In this document: positions 43,578 through 53,111 of the stretch, one piece after another
How the letters are laid out: each line of letters begins with the position of its first letter
Position numbering within the stretch: the first letter of the stretch is position 1
Assembly: GCA_944390045.1 (NCBI GenBank)
Contig: CALXOO010000004.1
Location: forward strand, 4,464 to 68,463
From: an uncultured Spirochaetales bacterium
GTDB taxonomy: Bacteria > Spirochaetota > Spirochaetia > Sphaerochaetales > Sphaerochaetaceae
Direction: 5' to 3'
Length of the DNA stretch: 64,000 nt
Program-made: the position numbers and the translations under genes
The notes under the pieces: model-generated
The model's input: the letters and a program-made list of their open reading frames with translations, nothing else
Databases searched by the model: none
Told to the model about the DNA's origin: nothing

Positions 43578-45242
43578 TCATCTGACCAGAGCGCCCTGGC
43601 TTGCCGACAGGCTGATCCTGCGGTATGTGTCAAGATAGCCGGGCGGCATGATCTTCTCCTTCGGCCTGAAGCCTTCTTTCCTCTTTTCAAGCGTCTTTCC
43701 ATCCACAAGAAGCTCAATGACACCCTCATCGACATTGATGTGCACCCTGTCTCCGTTCTCCACGAATGCTATGGGACCGCCCTCGTATGCCTCCGGTGAG
43801 ATATGCCCGACAAAGAGGCCTCTGTTGGATCCGGAGAAGCGTCCATCAGTGATCAGTGCACAGCTGTCTGATAGCCCCATTCCCTCAAGAGCCTTCATGG
43901 GACGGTACATTTCCGGCATTCCAGGCCCTCCTTTCGGCCCTTCATAGCGGAGGACCAGGCAGGTGCCGGGACTGACATGTCCGGCCATGATCTCAGAAGT
44001 GGCCTCATCCTCGCTCTCGAAGACCCGAGCCGGAAGTGTGACATCATGCAGCTCCTGCGGAATGGCTGCCGGTTTCGAGACGCAGCCCATCGGAGACAGG
44101 TTCCCATACAGGACAGCCAGCCCGGCCCTGGGGGCGAAAGGCCTGGAGAGAGGACGGATGACCCGCTCATCACGGCTGCCTCCTGCACTCTCAAGATTCT
44201 CACCTACTGTCCTGCCGGTCACAGTCAGGCATCCCAGATCAAGAAGCGGCGAGAGCTCCTTCATCACAGCCTCCACCCCGCCTGCCCGGTGATAGTCCAC
44301 CATGTCAAACTCGCTTGCCGGGTAGACAGATGCGATCTGAGGTGTATGATGCCCTATCCTGTCAATCTGTCTGAGTGTCAGCTCCCCGAGTCCGGCTTCG
44401 GCGTGAATCGCCTGCAGGTGCATGACCGCATTGGTACTGCCGCCTATGGCGAAGACCAGACGCAGGGCATTCTCCACCGCCTGCTGTGTGATGATCTGCC
44501 GGGAGCTTATCCCCTTCCGGACCAGATCCACGGCGGCTTCTCCTGTCTTCCAGGCCCACTCGAGCCTCTCCTCATCGACTGCAGGTATTGTGGCACAGCC
44601 TGGCAGCGACATTCCGAGGGCCTCGGCTACTGAGCACATCGTATTGGCGGTTCCAAGCATGGCGCAGGAGCCGAAGCAGGGCTCGGCCAGGTCCTCGATT
44701 CGCCTGAACTCCGCCTCGTCAATCAGACCGCGCTCCTTCCAGCCCATGGCCTCAGTTATGATGTTGCCATCCCAGTGGCGGCCTTTGTAGACTGCAGGAT
44801 ACATCGGACCTGCGTTACAAAATATTGCGCTGATATCCAGACGGGCAGCCGCCATCAGCAGCCCCGGGACTATCTTGTCGCAGCTTCCCAGCAGCACGAG
44901 CCCGTCAAAGCCGTGTGCGCGGGTCATGCACTCCACGCTGGAGGCGATGAGATCACGCGAAGGCAGGATGTAGCGCATCCCCAGGTTTCCTTCCGCGATT
45001 CCATCACAGGGGGCAATGCAGCCGAAGACCACAGGCGTGCCGCCCGCAGCCCTTATTCCTTCTTCCACCCTGCGGCATATCCTGTCCAGGTTGGCGTGAC
45101 CGGGGCTCGCGTTCGTATAGCTGTTCGCTATTCCGATCAGCGGTCTGGAAAGATCCTCATCACTGAAACCGCAGGCCTTGTAAAGGGCACGCTTCAGTGC
45201 TCCGCGGTCTCCCTGGAGCCGTTCGTTATAGTAATTGCTCAT
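43578..45242 (-). CDS. IlvD/Edd-family dehydratase (sugar-acid dehydratase candidate)
   Basis: [19 protein letters not shown] and [14 protein letters not shown] motifs. 554 aa. Confidence 0.85.
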   Translation of the reverse strand: MSNYYNERLQGDRGALKRALYKACGFSDEDLSRPLIGIANSYTNASPGHANLDRICRRVEEGIRAAGGTPVVFGCIAPCDGIAEGNLGMRYILPSRDLIASSVECMTRAHGFDGLVLLGSCDKIVPGLLMAAARLDISAIFCNAGPMYPAVYKGRHWDGNIITEAMGWKERGLIDEAEFRRIEDLAEPCFGSCAMLGTANTMCSVAEALGMSLPGCATIPAVDEERLEWAWKTGEAAVDLVRKGISSRQIITQQAVENALRLVFAIGGSTNAVMHLQAIHAEAGLGELTLRQIDRIGHHTPQIASVYPASEFDMVDYHRAGGVEAVMKELSPLLDLGCLTVTGRTVGENLESAGGSRDERVIRPLSRPFAPRAGLAVLYGNLSPMGCVSKPAAIPQELHDVTLPARVFESEDEATSEIMAGHVSPGTCLVLRYEGPKGGPGMPEMYRPMKALEGMGLSDSCALITDGRFSGSNRGLFVGHISPEAYEGGPIAFVENGDRVHINVDEGVIELLVDGKTLEKRKEGFRPKEKIMPPGYLDTYRRISLSASQGALVR

Positions 45243-45997
45243 ACGAAGTCATTCGCGGCCACGACAGGCAGAGTGGCCCCTCCATCCATCAGCACGGTGT
45301 TGCCCGTCATGTATGCGGCCTCGTCGCTCGCGACGTATGAGACAAGCGAGGCTACCTCATCCATGGTAGCAAAGCGCCTGAAGGGCAGTCTTGAGGCCGC
45401 CTCCAGCCGGATGTCGCCCTCACTCCAGCCCACATCAGTGTAGCCCGGGGCCACGGCCACCATCCTTATCCCGTGAAGTGAGAGCTCCATGGCTGCGTTC
45501 TTGGTGAACTTGCTCACCGCGGCCTTGGTCGGGGCATAGATTGTCGCACGCGGCCAGCAGCCCTCAGTCTGGTTGGATGAGAGGTTGACTATCACGCCTT
45601 TTATGCCGCGCTCGATCATCGACTTCGCCGCGTACTGGCTGGAGAAATACAGTCCCTTCCAGTCGATTGCCGTCATTCTGTCGAAGTCCTCCTCGGTCGC
45701 ATCGAGGAAATAGACCTCGGATGAGATGCCGGCATTGTTGACACACAGGTCTATCCGTCCGAAATGGCTGAGACAGTCATCATACATCTTACGGACACTG
45801 GCCAGATCTGCCATGTCGGCATACAGGGCTATCGCGTCGCGGCCCATTGCCCTGATCTGGGCGGCAAGTTCCTCTGCCTTCCCCGGCTCTGACCTGTAGT
45901 TCAGGCATACATCATATCCGTCACGCCCCAGTCTCCTTGCGATCGCACTCCCGATTCCGTGAGCCGCACCGGTTACTATTGCTACTTTGCCTGCCAT
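45239..45997 (-). CDS. short-chain dehydrogenase/reductase (sugar 1-dehydrogenase candidate)
   Basis: [12 protein letters not shown] cofactor motif, NNAG and catalytic YAPTKAAV. Confidence 0.85.
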   Translation of the reverse strand: MAGKVAIVTGAAHGIGSAIARRLGRDGYDVCLNYRSEPGKAEELAAQIRAMGRDAIALYADMADLASVRKMYDDCLSHFGRIDLCVNNAGISSEVYFLDATEEDFDRMTAIDWKGLYFSSQYAAKSMIERGIKGVIVNLSSNQTEGCWPRATIYAPTKAAVSKFTKNAAMELSLHGIRMVAVAPGYTDVGWSEGDIRLEAASRLPFRRFATMDEVASLVSYVASDEAAYMTGNTVLMDGGATLPVVAANDFV

Positions 45998-46800
45998 AAG
46001 TTTTCCTCCATCTTCACCATTGTGGTCTCAAGCACATACAAAAGCCCGATCCCGCTGCTGTCCTCTGCGCTTGTCAGGAACATCCGTCCGTCGTCGCTCA
46101 GCGCGGCAGAGGACAGGCAGGTCTTGAATCCCTTCATCCTCTCCTTCTCTTCCAGAGTCCCTGAATCCAGGACTGACAGCTCTCCCTTGTTCCAGAGCGC
46201 GACAAGCACGTCTCCCGTGCTGCTCAGGCAAAGTCCGTCAGGGCTGTCCTTGTCCGGGTAGACGTACTGTGCCAGCACCTCCAGCCGGTTTCCAGCTATC
46301 CTGTACTTGCGGACAGTGTCAACTGCTGAATCGATGTGTATGAAACTGTCCGGAGAAAGGAAGGCCATACCATTGGCCACACCATAGGTGTCAGGAAAAG
46401 CGCTGTAACCATTCTCTGTTATCCGGTATATCCGGCCCTCATCCACACGCGGTCTGTCTATCCGCATCGTTCCCATGTACAGCGTTCCGTCAGGGGCGAT
46501 CGCTCCGTCGTTGAACCTCTCGCTCTCATCCAGATCTATGGTGATGATCTCGCGCCTGTCGCCGGTAGTCACATCCACCAGCAAGACGGTGGCCCTTGTG
46601 GTCACCAGCACCCTGTTCACATCAGTCGTGAGGTGAACTGAGGTCGTGAACTGTCCGAAATCAAGAAAACGCTCCTTTTCCCCGTCCTGCCTGATATAAA
46701 GTCTGTGACCCAGAATATCGACGAAATACAGAGTTCTTGTCCTCACGTCGAAAACCGGCCCCTCGGCAAGCTTGTAACCGCTAAATGTCTGCATGGGCAA
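45982..46800 (-). CDS. SMP-30/gluconolactonase/LRE-family lactonase
   Basis: LAEGPVFD, RFNDGAIAPDGTLYMGTM and PDGLCLSSTGDVLVALW propeller repeats. Confidence 0.8.
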   Translation of the reverse strand: MPMQTFSGYKLAEGPVFDVRTRTLYFVDILGHRLYIRQDGEKERFLDFGQFTTSVHLTTDVNRVLVTTRATVLLVDVTTGDRREIITIDLDESERFNDGAIAPDGTLYMGTMRIDRPRVDEGRIYRITENGYSAFPDTYGVANGMAFLSPDSFIHIDSAVDTVRKYRIAGNRLEVLAQYVYPDKDSPDGLCLSSTGDVLVALWNKGELSVLDSGTLEEKERMKGFKTCLSSAALSDDGRMFLTSAEDSSGIGLLYVLETTMVKMEENLWQAK

Positions 46801-47560
46801 ACCTCCTTGTCAGTTCTCCTGACAGCCTTTCGCTTATGCTGTTCATCTTTTCGAATCTCGGTCCCTGGAACATATCCCTGAGACCGGAGAAGCTCAGGGC
46901 ACCAAGCAGCTTTCCGCCACCGGAACGCACAGGGCGTGCGAGACAGCACAGGAACTCCTCATGTTCACAGTTGTTGAGCGCATAGCCACGCCGCCGCACC
47001 TCATCCACCACCCTGTCAAATTCGGCCCTTGAAGTGATCGTATTCGAGGAATAGGCCCTGAAGTCACACCGGGAATAGAGTATCCTCCTGGTCTCCTCAT
47101 CAGCGAATGCCGCATAGATCTTGCCCGCACCGGTGGCGTGGAATGGCACCTCGCTCCCGTCCACACTCGCCAGGGCGAGGGATTCGTATGAGGTGTGGGG
47201 AAAACACCTGCATATGATTCTCAGCGCACCGTCAGCGAAAGTGGTGAAATGGACAATCATCCCCGCTTCCACAGCGGCTGCCTCGAGATCCTCCATCAGC
47301 ATGCGTCTGAGCTTTTCCACCCCGCCGTTCTCCTCAAGCGGGATGAACACAGGCCCCCTGTAGTAAAGCCCGCTGTGGCTGTCGAAGTACAGGAAGCCCT
47401 CGCTCCTGAGTGTGGACAGGATCCTGAGCACGTTGCTCCTGTTCATTCCCGGACAGGCAAGCACCACATCCGTGAAGGAGAAGCCGCGTCCGGACTCAAG
47501 AAACAGCCGGAGAACCCTCAATGCCTTCTGTACTGATTGGATTGTGTACCTGTCTTCCAT
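46781..47560 (-). CDS. IclR-family transcriptional regulator
   Basis: ATG 47560; the track start at 47581 is a TTG. N-terminal wHTH (SVQKALRVLRLF...FSFTDVVLACPGMNRSNVLRILSTL) plus an IclR effector domain. Confidence 0.85.
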   Translation of the reverse strand: MEDRYTIQSVQKALRVLRLFLESGRGFSFTDVVLACPGMNRSNVLRILSTLRSEGFLYFDSHSGLYYRGPVFIPLEENGGVEKLRRMLMEDLEAAAVEAGMIVHFTTFADGALRIICRCFPHTSYESLALASVDGSEVPFHATGAGKIYAAFADEETRRILYSRCDFRAYSSNTITSRAEFDRVVDEVRRRGYALNNCEHEEFLCCLARPVRSGGGKLLGALSFSGLRDMFQGPRFEKMNSISERLSGELTRRFAHADI

Positions 47561-47822
47561 TGGTTTTATCCTATAAAACAATGTTTTATTTTACACATCC
47601 AGCCTAAGCCTGCTTTGCACGGCTGTCAAGGATTAATCGAAAAACCGGTAGTTTTGAAGTACCATCATAATTATGCTGGAGAACTCATTCATCACCATCG
47701 TCTTTAGCAGTCTGCAAAGCATAATTCTGGTTGCAAGAAGCCTTCACTTCGAAAACCAGAAGACATGAGAACATATAAGAAGAAAGCAAAGCATAGCAGT
47801 TTTTCTCATAATACTATTACTG

Positions 47823-47889
47823 TTTTACGTGTAAATTCTCGCAAAACTTGAGATTGATCGTAGTATATGCTACTTTTTACGTGCAAATT
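47823..47889 (+). promoter_or_regulatory. two copies of an operator-like motif upstream of fic
   Basis: TTTTACGTGTAAATT (47823-47837) and TTTTACGTGCAAATT (47875-47889), 52 bp apart. Each contains the inverted arms TTTAC..GYAAA. Confidence 0.4.
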
Positions 47890-47903
47890 GGAGATGTGCT
47901 GGC

Positions 47904-48959
47904 ATGCGTACATTCAACTACTCTGTAATCCAGAAGACGAAATGGGACTCGGAAATACTTGGGCTGATTGCAGCAATCTATAAGGAAGCCGGAAAGCAGG
48001 AACTGTACCTGAAACAGAAACCGGAAGAAATGGAAAAGCTGGTGGAGATTGCGAAGATACAGAGTACAGAGGCTTCAAACGCGATTGAAGGTATTGTGAC
48101 TACTAACACACGTATGCGACAGCTCGTCGAAGAGAAAACTGCACCCAGGAACCGCAATGAACAGGAAATTGCCGGCTACCGGGATGCACTGAACATCATC
48201 CATGAAGACTTCGACGCCATACCGGTTACCCGAAACTATATACTGCAGCTGCATGGCATTCTATACAGCCACATGAACAATCCACTGGCCGGACGGACCA
48301 AGAATGTGCAGAACTACATCAGCTCTACCTGGCCAGATGGGCACACGGAGACTTTGTTCACACCATTAGCTCCTTATGAAACGCCTGAGGCTCTCGACAG
48401 GATTTGCGAGGAGTACAACCGGGTGATTGGAAATATGGAAGCTGAACCGCTTATCGTCATCCCCGTGTTCATCCACGACTTCCTTTGCATACACCCATTT
48501 AATGATGGCAATGGCAGGATGAGCCGCCTGCTGACCACGCTGATGCTCTATCGCAACGGATTCTATGTGGGCAAGTATATATCACTGGAAGCCAAGATCG
48601 CTAAAAACAAGGATCTTTACTATGAGGCACTGCAGCAGTCGCAGACAGGCTGGCACGATGGCAATGAAGATGTACTCCCCTTCATCAAGTATCTGTTGGG
48701 GACGATTCTTTCCGCCTACAGGGACTTCGGGACCCGTTTTGAACTGGTGGAAATAAAACGGCCGGCTCTGGAGATCGTGAGGCTCGCGACGATGAATAAG
48801 ATTGGCCGGTTCTCAAAACAGGATATCATCGGGCTGTGTCCTTCTCTCAGCGCAAGCTCGATTGAGGTGGCATTGCGCAAACTGGTGACATCTGGTGAAC
48901 TGGAACGGGAAGGCAGAGGCAAAAGCATCCGCTACCACCGAATGCAAAGATCCCTGTGA
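47904..48959 (+). CDS. Fic-family protein (class II, internal inhibitory helix) with C-terminal wHTH-like domain
   Basis: Fic motif HPFNDGNGRMSRLL. The upstream SNAIEG matches the (S/T)xxxE(G/N) inhibitory motif. RBS GGAGATG. Locally low GC. Confidence 0.88.
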   Translation: MRTFNYSVIQKTKWDSEILGLIAAIYKEAGKQELYLKQKPEEMEKLVEIAKIQSTEASNAIEGIVTTNTRMRQLVEEKTAPRNRNEQEIAGYRDALNIIHEDFDAIPVTRNYILQLHGILYSHMNNPLAGRTKNVQNYISSTWPDGHTETLFTPLAPYETPEALDRICEEYNRVIGNMEAEPLIVIPVFIHDFLCIHPFNDGNGRMSRLLTTLMLYRNGFYVGKYISLEAKIAKNKDLYYEALQQSQTGWHDGNEDVLPFIKYLLGTILSAYRDFGTRFELVEIKRPALEIVRLATMNKIGRFSKQDIIGLCPSLSASSIEVALRKLVTSGELEREGRGKSIRYHRMQRSL

Positions 48960-49084
48960 TCCGGTATCCTGACTAACGGACTCAGTGTATTTCTCGTGGC
49001 AGCATTCAAAAACAGAAGAGAGCCTATCGTCAGATAAGCCCTCTCAGTTATTGCTGAAATCAGAATCAGCTCACATTGCCCTCA

Positions 49085-49513
49085 TCAGGCATTTTCATAA
49101 TAAGTGTTCATATCGTATGATGTGCCATCAAAGACGCACTTTGAGAAAGTGGTTTTCTGGTTCACAGAATCAAGCTGAGCCTCAATCTCCAGTGTATGGG
49201 AACCTCCATTCAGTGAGTAATCACCATCAATTGTAAAATAGCCGGTGGTCTGGTCAAGAGTCACGACAGTGCCCTTTCTGATGATATAGCCGGCACCATA
49301 GTTTCTGTTCTCATTCACTGTGTATGTATTTCCTTCCACAACTACAATCGGTTCATCATGTTTCTGGACAAAGTTCATGATAACAGAAGCAGCTCTCTCA
49401 ATTCTCTGTGCCTCCTCGTCTGTAGGAACGACAGGGGCAGACAGTGAGTTGTCGCATGATGCAAGACACAGCACTGCCATCAGAGCCATAAGCAAAACAC
49501 TGAGTTTTCTCAT
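49085..49513 (-). CDS. hypothetical lipoprotein
   Basis: MRKLSVLLMALMAVLCLASC lipobox. 142 aa, no recognised domain. Confidence 0.6.
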   Translation of the reverse strand: MRKLSVLLMALMAVLCLASCDNSLSAPVVPTDEEAQRIERAASVIMNFVQKHDEPIVVVEGNTYTVNENRNYGAGYIIRKGTVVTLDQTTGYFTIDGDYSLNGGSHTLEIEAQLDSVNQKTTFSKCVFDGTSYDMNTYYENA

Positions 49514-49667
49514 TTTACACTCCTTTGCAATGAATTCAGGATGTCAAGAAGATTATGATCTGGCTGACTGCAAACAAAGCAAAATCCCATTCAACACCCT
49601 GTCAATGAAGTAATCTATTTTTTTTTTGTTGTCAATATTTCCGGTGATGCAAAGTGAAAACTGCCAG

Positions 49668-49704
49668 GACAAGAGAAAGCTCCCGGCCATTCAGGACCGG
49701 GAGC
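49668..49704 (-). terminator. terminator after the DUF5107-TPR gene
   Basis: Minus strand GCTCCCGG-TCCTGAATGG-CCGGGAGC (49704-49679) followed by TTTCTCTTGTCC. Confidence 0.6.
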
Positions 49705-49729
49705 GCAACTGAAAAGGATGGGCGCAAAC

Positions 49730-52700
49730 TCAGAAAAGCTTCCCTATGATGCGGTGCAGGCGCTCAGCGTCGACAAGGTCAGGGTTTATGGAAAGGGCCT
49801 CGGTGAAGTCCTTCTCCGCCTCATCGGCATTGCCGAGTCCGTACTGGCCGAGTGCCATGATGTAGCAGCAGTGGGCCCTGTTCTTGAGTGAGAGATCATC
49901 TGTCCACATCTGGAGATCCGGCAGCGAGACCGCGAAGTAGTCAAAGCCGACACTGTCGTTTCTGTGCTCCTGTCCATGACGCACGAGAGAGGAGAACTTC
50001 TCCCGGGCCTCATCCGCACGTCCCAGTCTGGACAGCGCCATGGCCTGGAAGGCGATGACATCCGCGCTCTGGTCGTAGTAGTACATGGCGCTGCCGAGCT
50101 CTGCCCTGCCCTCCAGGGCGAGGGTGTATTCGGCCCTGGCCTCTGCGGGCTGCAAGAGCCTGTCGAGACACAGTCCCTTCATGTAATGTATCTCGTTGTC
50201 CTTACAGCCCTCGAGCTTGCCTTCACCAAGATTGTGAGGATAGGTCATGGCCTGGTCCAGGATGGAGAGCGCAGCCTGCCAGTCGCCCGCATCCATGCAA
50301 GACAGGGCCAGATCCTTGCAGGCGGTGACATACTCTTTCGTGACCTTGCCTTCACCACCCTCCCAGGGGTGGAAGATCCTGGACTTGAGAGCGTCGAGCA
50401 CTTCCTGTGAGCGGGACTGACGGTTGAGGTAGGACAGGTAGATCGTATAAAGATCATCACGCTGGCTCATCACATTGTAGTTCGCCTCGAGCAGGGCCAG
50501 TCTCTCTGTGAACGGGATGCCCATCTTCTCCTCAAGCTGGACCAGCTCGAGAAGGACTCTTGAATCTGTGGGATCCATCCTGAAGGCCTGCCTGAGGCTG
50601 TCCAGAGCCTCCTCTCCGCGCCCGAGCTTGTTGTAGAGGACGATTGAGAGGTTTCTCAGGACAGTGGCGTTCTTCCCGCGGCCCTTCATCCAGCAGTCAT
50701 ATGCAAGTTCGTAGTTCTTCCTGTCATAGGAGAGGTTGCCGAGAAGATAGTTTGCCGTGACATCAGCGGCATTGGCCTCAAGTGCACTGACGAGCACGAT
50801 GTAGTCCTCAGTCGAATTGGGGAAGGCATAGGTCTCGTCCGCCCTGGAAGCCGCTTCCAGGAAGGCCGCCCGGGCACCGGCGTCTTTCCTTGACGCGTAG
50901 GCCATGTAGTAGTATGGCATCGGGCTGTTGAAGGATCCGGACTCAAGCAGGCGCACGGCCTCGCTGCATTCGCCCCAGCTGATCAGATCCCAGGCCAGAT
51001 AGATGTAATTCGCCTGGCGGTGGATCATTGCCCTGTCCAGGGCCTCTGTGTCACCGAGGAACCAGATCGACGCGGAGTCGAACGGGTCGTGAGTGAGATT
51101 CTCTTCTGCAAGTCTCTCAGCCTCATCCCTTCTGCCCAGATGTGACAGTATGTAGCATTTCAGGGCACGGGCTTTGACGTTCTGCGTATTGTATGTGAGG
51201 GCGCGGTCAATGAAGCCGATGGCCCTGTCATAATCACCGCGGCGGGAAGATATGACTGCCAGGCAGTAGAATGCACGCGCGCACTCCCTCTCGCTCCAGG
51301 TGGCCTTGTAGAAGGCGTCGTAGGCCTCATCCAGCCTCTCTTGATACAGGAGTACCTGGCCAAGTGAATAATAGGCCTCACTGTCATACGGATTGGGCGT
51401 AAGCCAGGTCGAACGCCTGATTGAGCGTCTGAAGCACTCCTCTGCTTCACTCAGACGGCAGCGCTTCATCAGCAGCTGGCCGTAGAAGAGATTCGCCCTG
51501 CTGTCCATTGGATCACGCCTGAGGGCCTCCTCGTAATAAGGCTCACTCTCGAAAGTAGCATGGCGGTACTGCTCCAGGTGCTGTGCCACCAGGACCAGCT
51601 CCTCAACAGTCGCTATGTCCTCAGGCTTTCCGACAGAGCTTGCCGGCTCCGGAAGCGCCTCTTCCGCCCGCCGGGACGGGGAGCACGTGATGAGGACCTT
51701 TCCTGAGGAATCCTGAACAGTGAGTGTGAGTTCTGTCTCGGCAAGGGCAGTCTCAGCCTTACTGACGAACCCATCCTCCACAGTCAGATCACATTTCCAC
51801 TGTCCGATGACCTTTCCGCTGCGGTCGCTGAGAATGACGCAGGCACCTTCGATCATCGAGGTTGGATAGACCATCACGGTTGCGCTGCTGCCGTCGCTCA
51901 CGAGGTTGACGATCACATCAAGGTTCGCGTTTTTGACATAGCCGGCCTTCTTGTACGGCATGAAATACTGCCTGAATGTCTTCTCCTCATAGGGCGCCAG
52001 GAAGGTGAAGTCCGGCTGGTTGTCAGTGTAGACGCCGGTCATCAGCTCGATATATGGTCCGTTAGCATCAGTCAGGTTGCGGTCCCAGGCCTGGCCGAAG
52101 TCGCCGCAGCCCCAGGTCCACTGCTTCTTGCCGGGTGACACATGGTGATCGGCGATGTGAAGGATTCCTGCCTCTCTCCTGTAGTCATATCCGCCGACAA
52201 AGTCATACACGCTCTTGTATGCCATGTACGACGTCGGGACCGGTATGTTCTTGTAGCGGGAGATATCGACGCCGGCACTGTAGTCGTGCTTGTAGTAGAC
52301 ACCCCTTGCGATGGGGAATGAGGACACATCCCTCTTTCCATGATCATAGACCGCCGTGACATCAGGGGGAAAGACCGACTGTGTGTCGTCATTGACGGGT
52401 ACCGCGGGATTGGCCCACCAGAGGAAGGTCTGGGTGTGCGGCGTGCGGTTGTACAGCTGACCCTCGATCTCGATATAGGCCCTGCCCGGGCGGAGGGTGA
52501 AGCGGGTGACGACCTTCGTACCGTACATCTCATCCACATCACCTATCGAAAGAGTGACGGAACCGTCGGCATTCTCGTTCAGGATGCTGCTTGTCGGCAT
52601 ATATGTGGTGGGCCTGTGGTGCTGAGGCCAGTTGAATTCTATGCCGCCGCTGATCCAGGGTCCCAGCAGTCCCACCAGTGCCGGCTTGACGACTTCGTTA

Positions 52701-52990
52701 TAGTAGACGAAGTCATAGCCGTTCGTCTTGTCATAGGCCCGCTGTATCCTGCCGCCCAGCTGCGGCAGCACCATGACGTAGATATATTCGTTCTCCAAGA
52801 TGACCGCATCGTATGTGACATCCTGCTTCTCATCCATGATCTTGTCTATTACCGGATAGGGGTAGACACGCCCGCTGCTGCCCTGATAGACGCGCTTTTC
52901 CAGGAACATCGGATTCTTGTTCGGCTGGCCGACGCCATAGGTCGGAATCGTTACCTTCTCTCTGTATATCCTTGCATAAGATGAGTTCAT
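49730..52990 (-). CDS. large cytoplasmic DUF5107-like protein with C-terminal TPR repeats
   Basis: ATG 52990 after GGAGGATAGC. The N-terminal ~450 aa (IPTYGVGQPNKNPMFLEKRVYQGSSGRVYPYP...) matches my memory of DUF5107. The remainder is TPR-like helical repeats. No signal peptide. Confidence 0.6.
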   Translation of the reverse strand: MNSSYARIYREKVTIPTYGVGQPNKNPMFLEKRVYQGSSGRVYPYPVIDKIMDEKQDVTYDAVILENEYIYVMVLPQLGGRIQRAYDKTNGYDFVYYNEVVKPALVGLLGPWISGGIEFNWPQHHRPTTYMPTSSILNENADGSVTLSIGDVDEMYGTKVVTRFTLRPGRAYIEIEGQLYNRTPHTQTFLWWANPAVPVNDDTQSVFPPDVTAVYDHGKRDVSSFPIARGVYYKHDYSAGVDISRYKNIPVPTSYMAYKSVYDFVGGYDYRREAGILHIADHHVSPGKKQWTWGCGDFGQAWDRNLTDANGPYIELMTGVYTDNQPDFTFLAPYEEKTFRQYFMPYKKAGYVKNANLDVIVNLVSDGSSATVMVYPTSMIEGACVILSDRSGKVIGQWKCDLTVEDGFVSKAETALAETELTLTVQDSSGKVLITCSPSRRAEEALPEPASSVGKPEDIATVEELVLVAQHLEQYRHATFESEPYYEEALRRDPMDSRANLFYGQLLMKRCRLSEAEECFRRSIRRSTWLTPNPYDSEAYYSLGQVLLYQERLDEAYDAFYKATWSERECARAFYCLAVISSRRGDYDRAIGFIDRALTYNTQNVKARALKCYILSHLGRRDEAERLAEENLTHDPFDSASIWFLGDTEALDRAMIHRQANYIYLAWDLISWGECSEAVRLLESGSFNSPMPYYYMAYASRKDAGARAAFLEAASRADETYAFPNSTEDYIVLVSALEANAADVTANYLLGNLSYDRKNYELAYDCWMKGRGKNATVLRNLSIVLYNKLGRGEEALDSLRQAFRMDPTDSRVLLELVQLEEKMGIPFTERLALLEANYNVMSQRDDLYTIYLSYLNRQSRSQEVLDALKSRIFHPWEGGEGKVTKEYVTACKDLALSCMDAGDWQAALSILDQAMTYPHNLGEGKLEGCKDNEIHYMKGLCLDRLLQPAEARAEYTLALEGRAELGSAMYYYDQSADVIAFQAMALSRLGRADEAREKFSSLVRHGQEHRNDSVGFDYFAVSLPDLQMWTDDLSLKNRAHCCYIMALGQYGLGNADEAEKDFTEALSINPDLVDAERLHRIIGKLF

Positions 52991-53020
52991 GCTATCCTCC
53001 GATATGGGGAGAATACTATC

Positions 53021-53085
53021 GGAAAATGCGGCTTGCAATGCCGGAAATTGCTGATTTCTTACAAAAAATTGCTGTGATTCATTAC
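53021..53085. promoter_or_regulatory. conserved upstream module, copy A (two exact AAATTGCTG repeats 21 bp apart)
   Basis: AAATTGCTG at 53045-53053 and 53066-53074. Aligns with 42806-42870. Lies between the divergent DUF5107 and mutarotase-like genes. Confidence 0.5.
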
Positions 53086-53097
53086 TGTTTCACGCGT

Positions 53098-53103
53098 TAT
53101 AAT
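53098..53103 (+). promoter_or_regulatory. perfect -10 hexamer 8 nt upstream of the mutarotase-like ATG (leaderless-type promoter candidate)
   Basis: TATAAT at 53098-53103, ATG at 53112, and no Shine-Dalgarno sequence between them. Confidence 0.4.
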
Positions 53104-53111
53104 CTCATCAT

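Noticed and set aside
48985-49236. 83-aa plus-strand ORF after fic
   Set aside because: It has no RBS and overlaps the convergent lipoprotein gene, whose signal peptide and lipobox are convincing.
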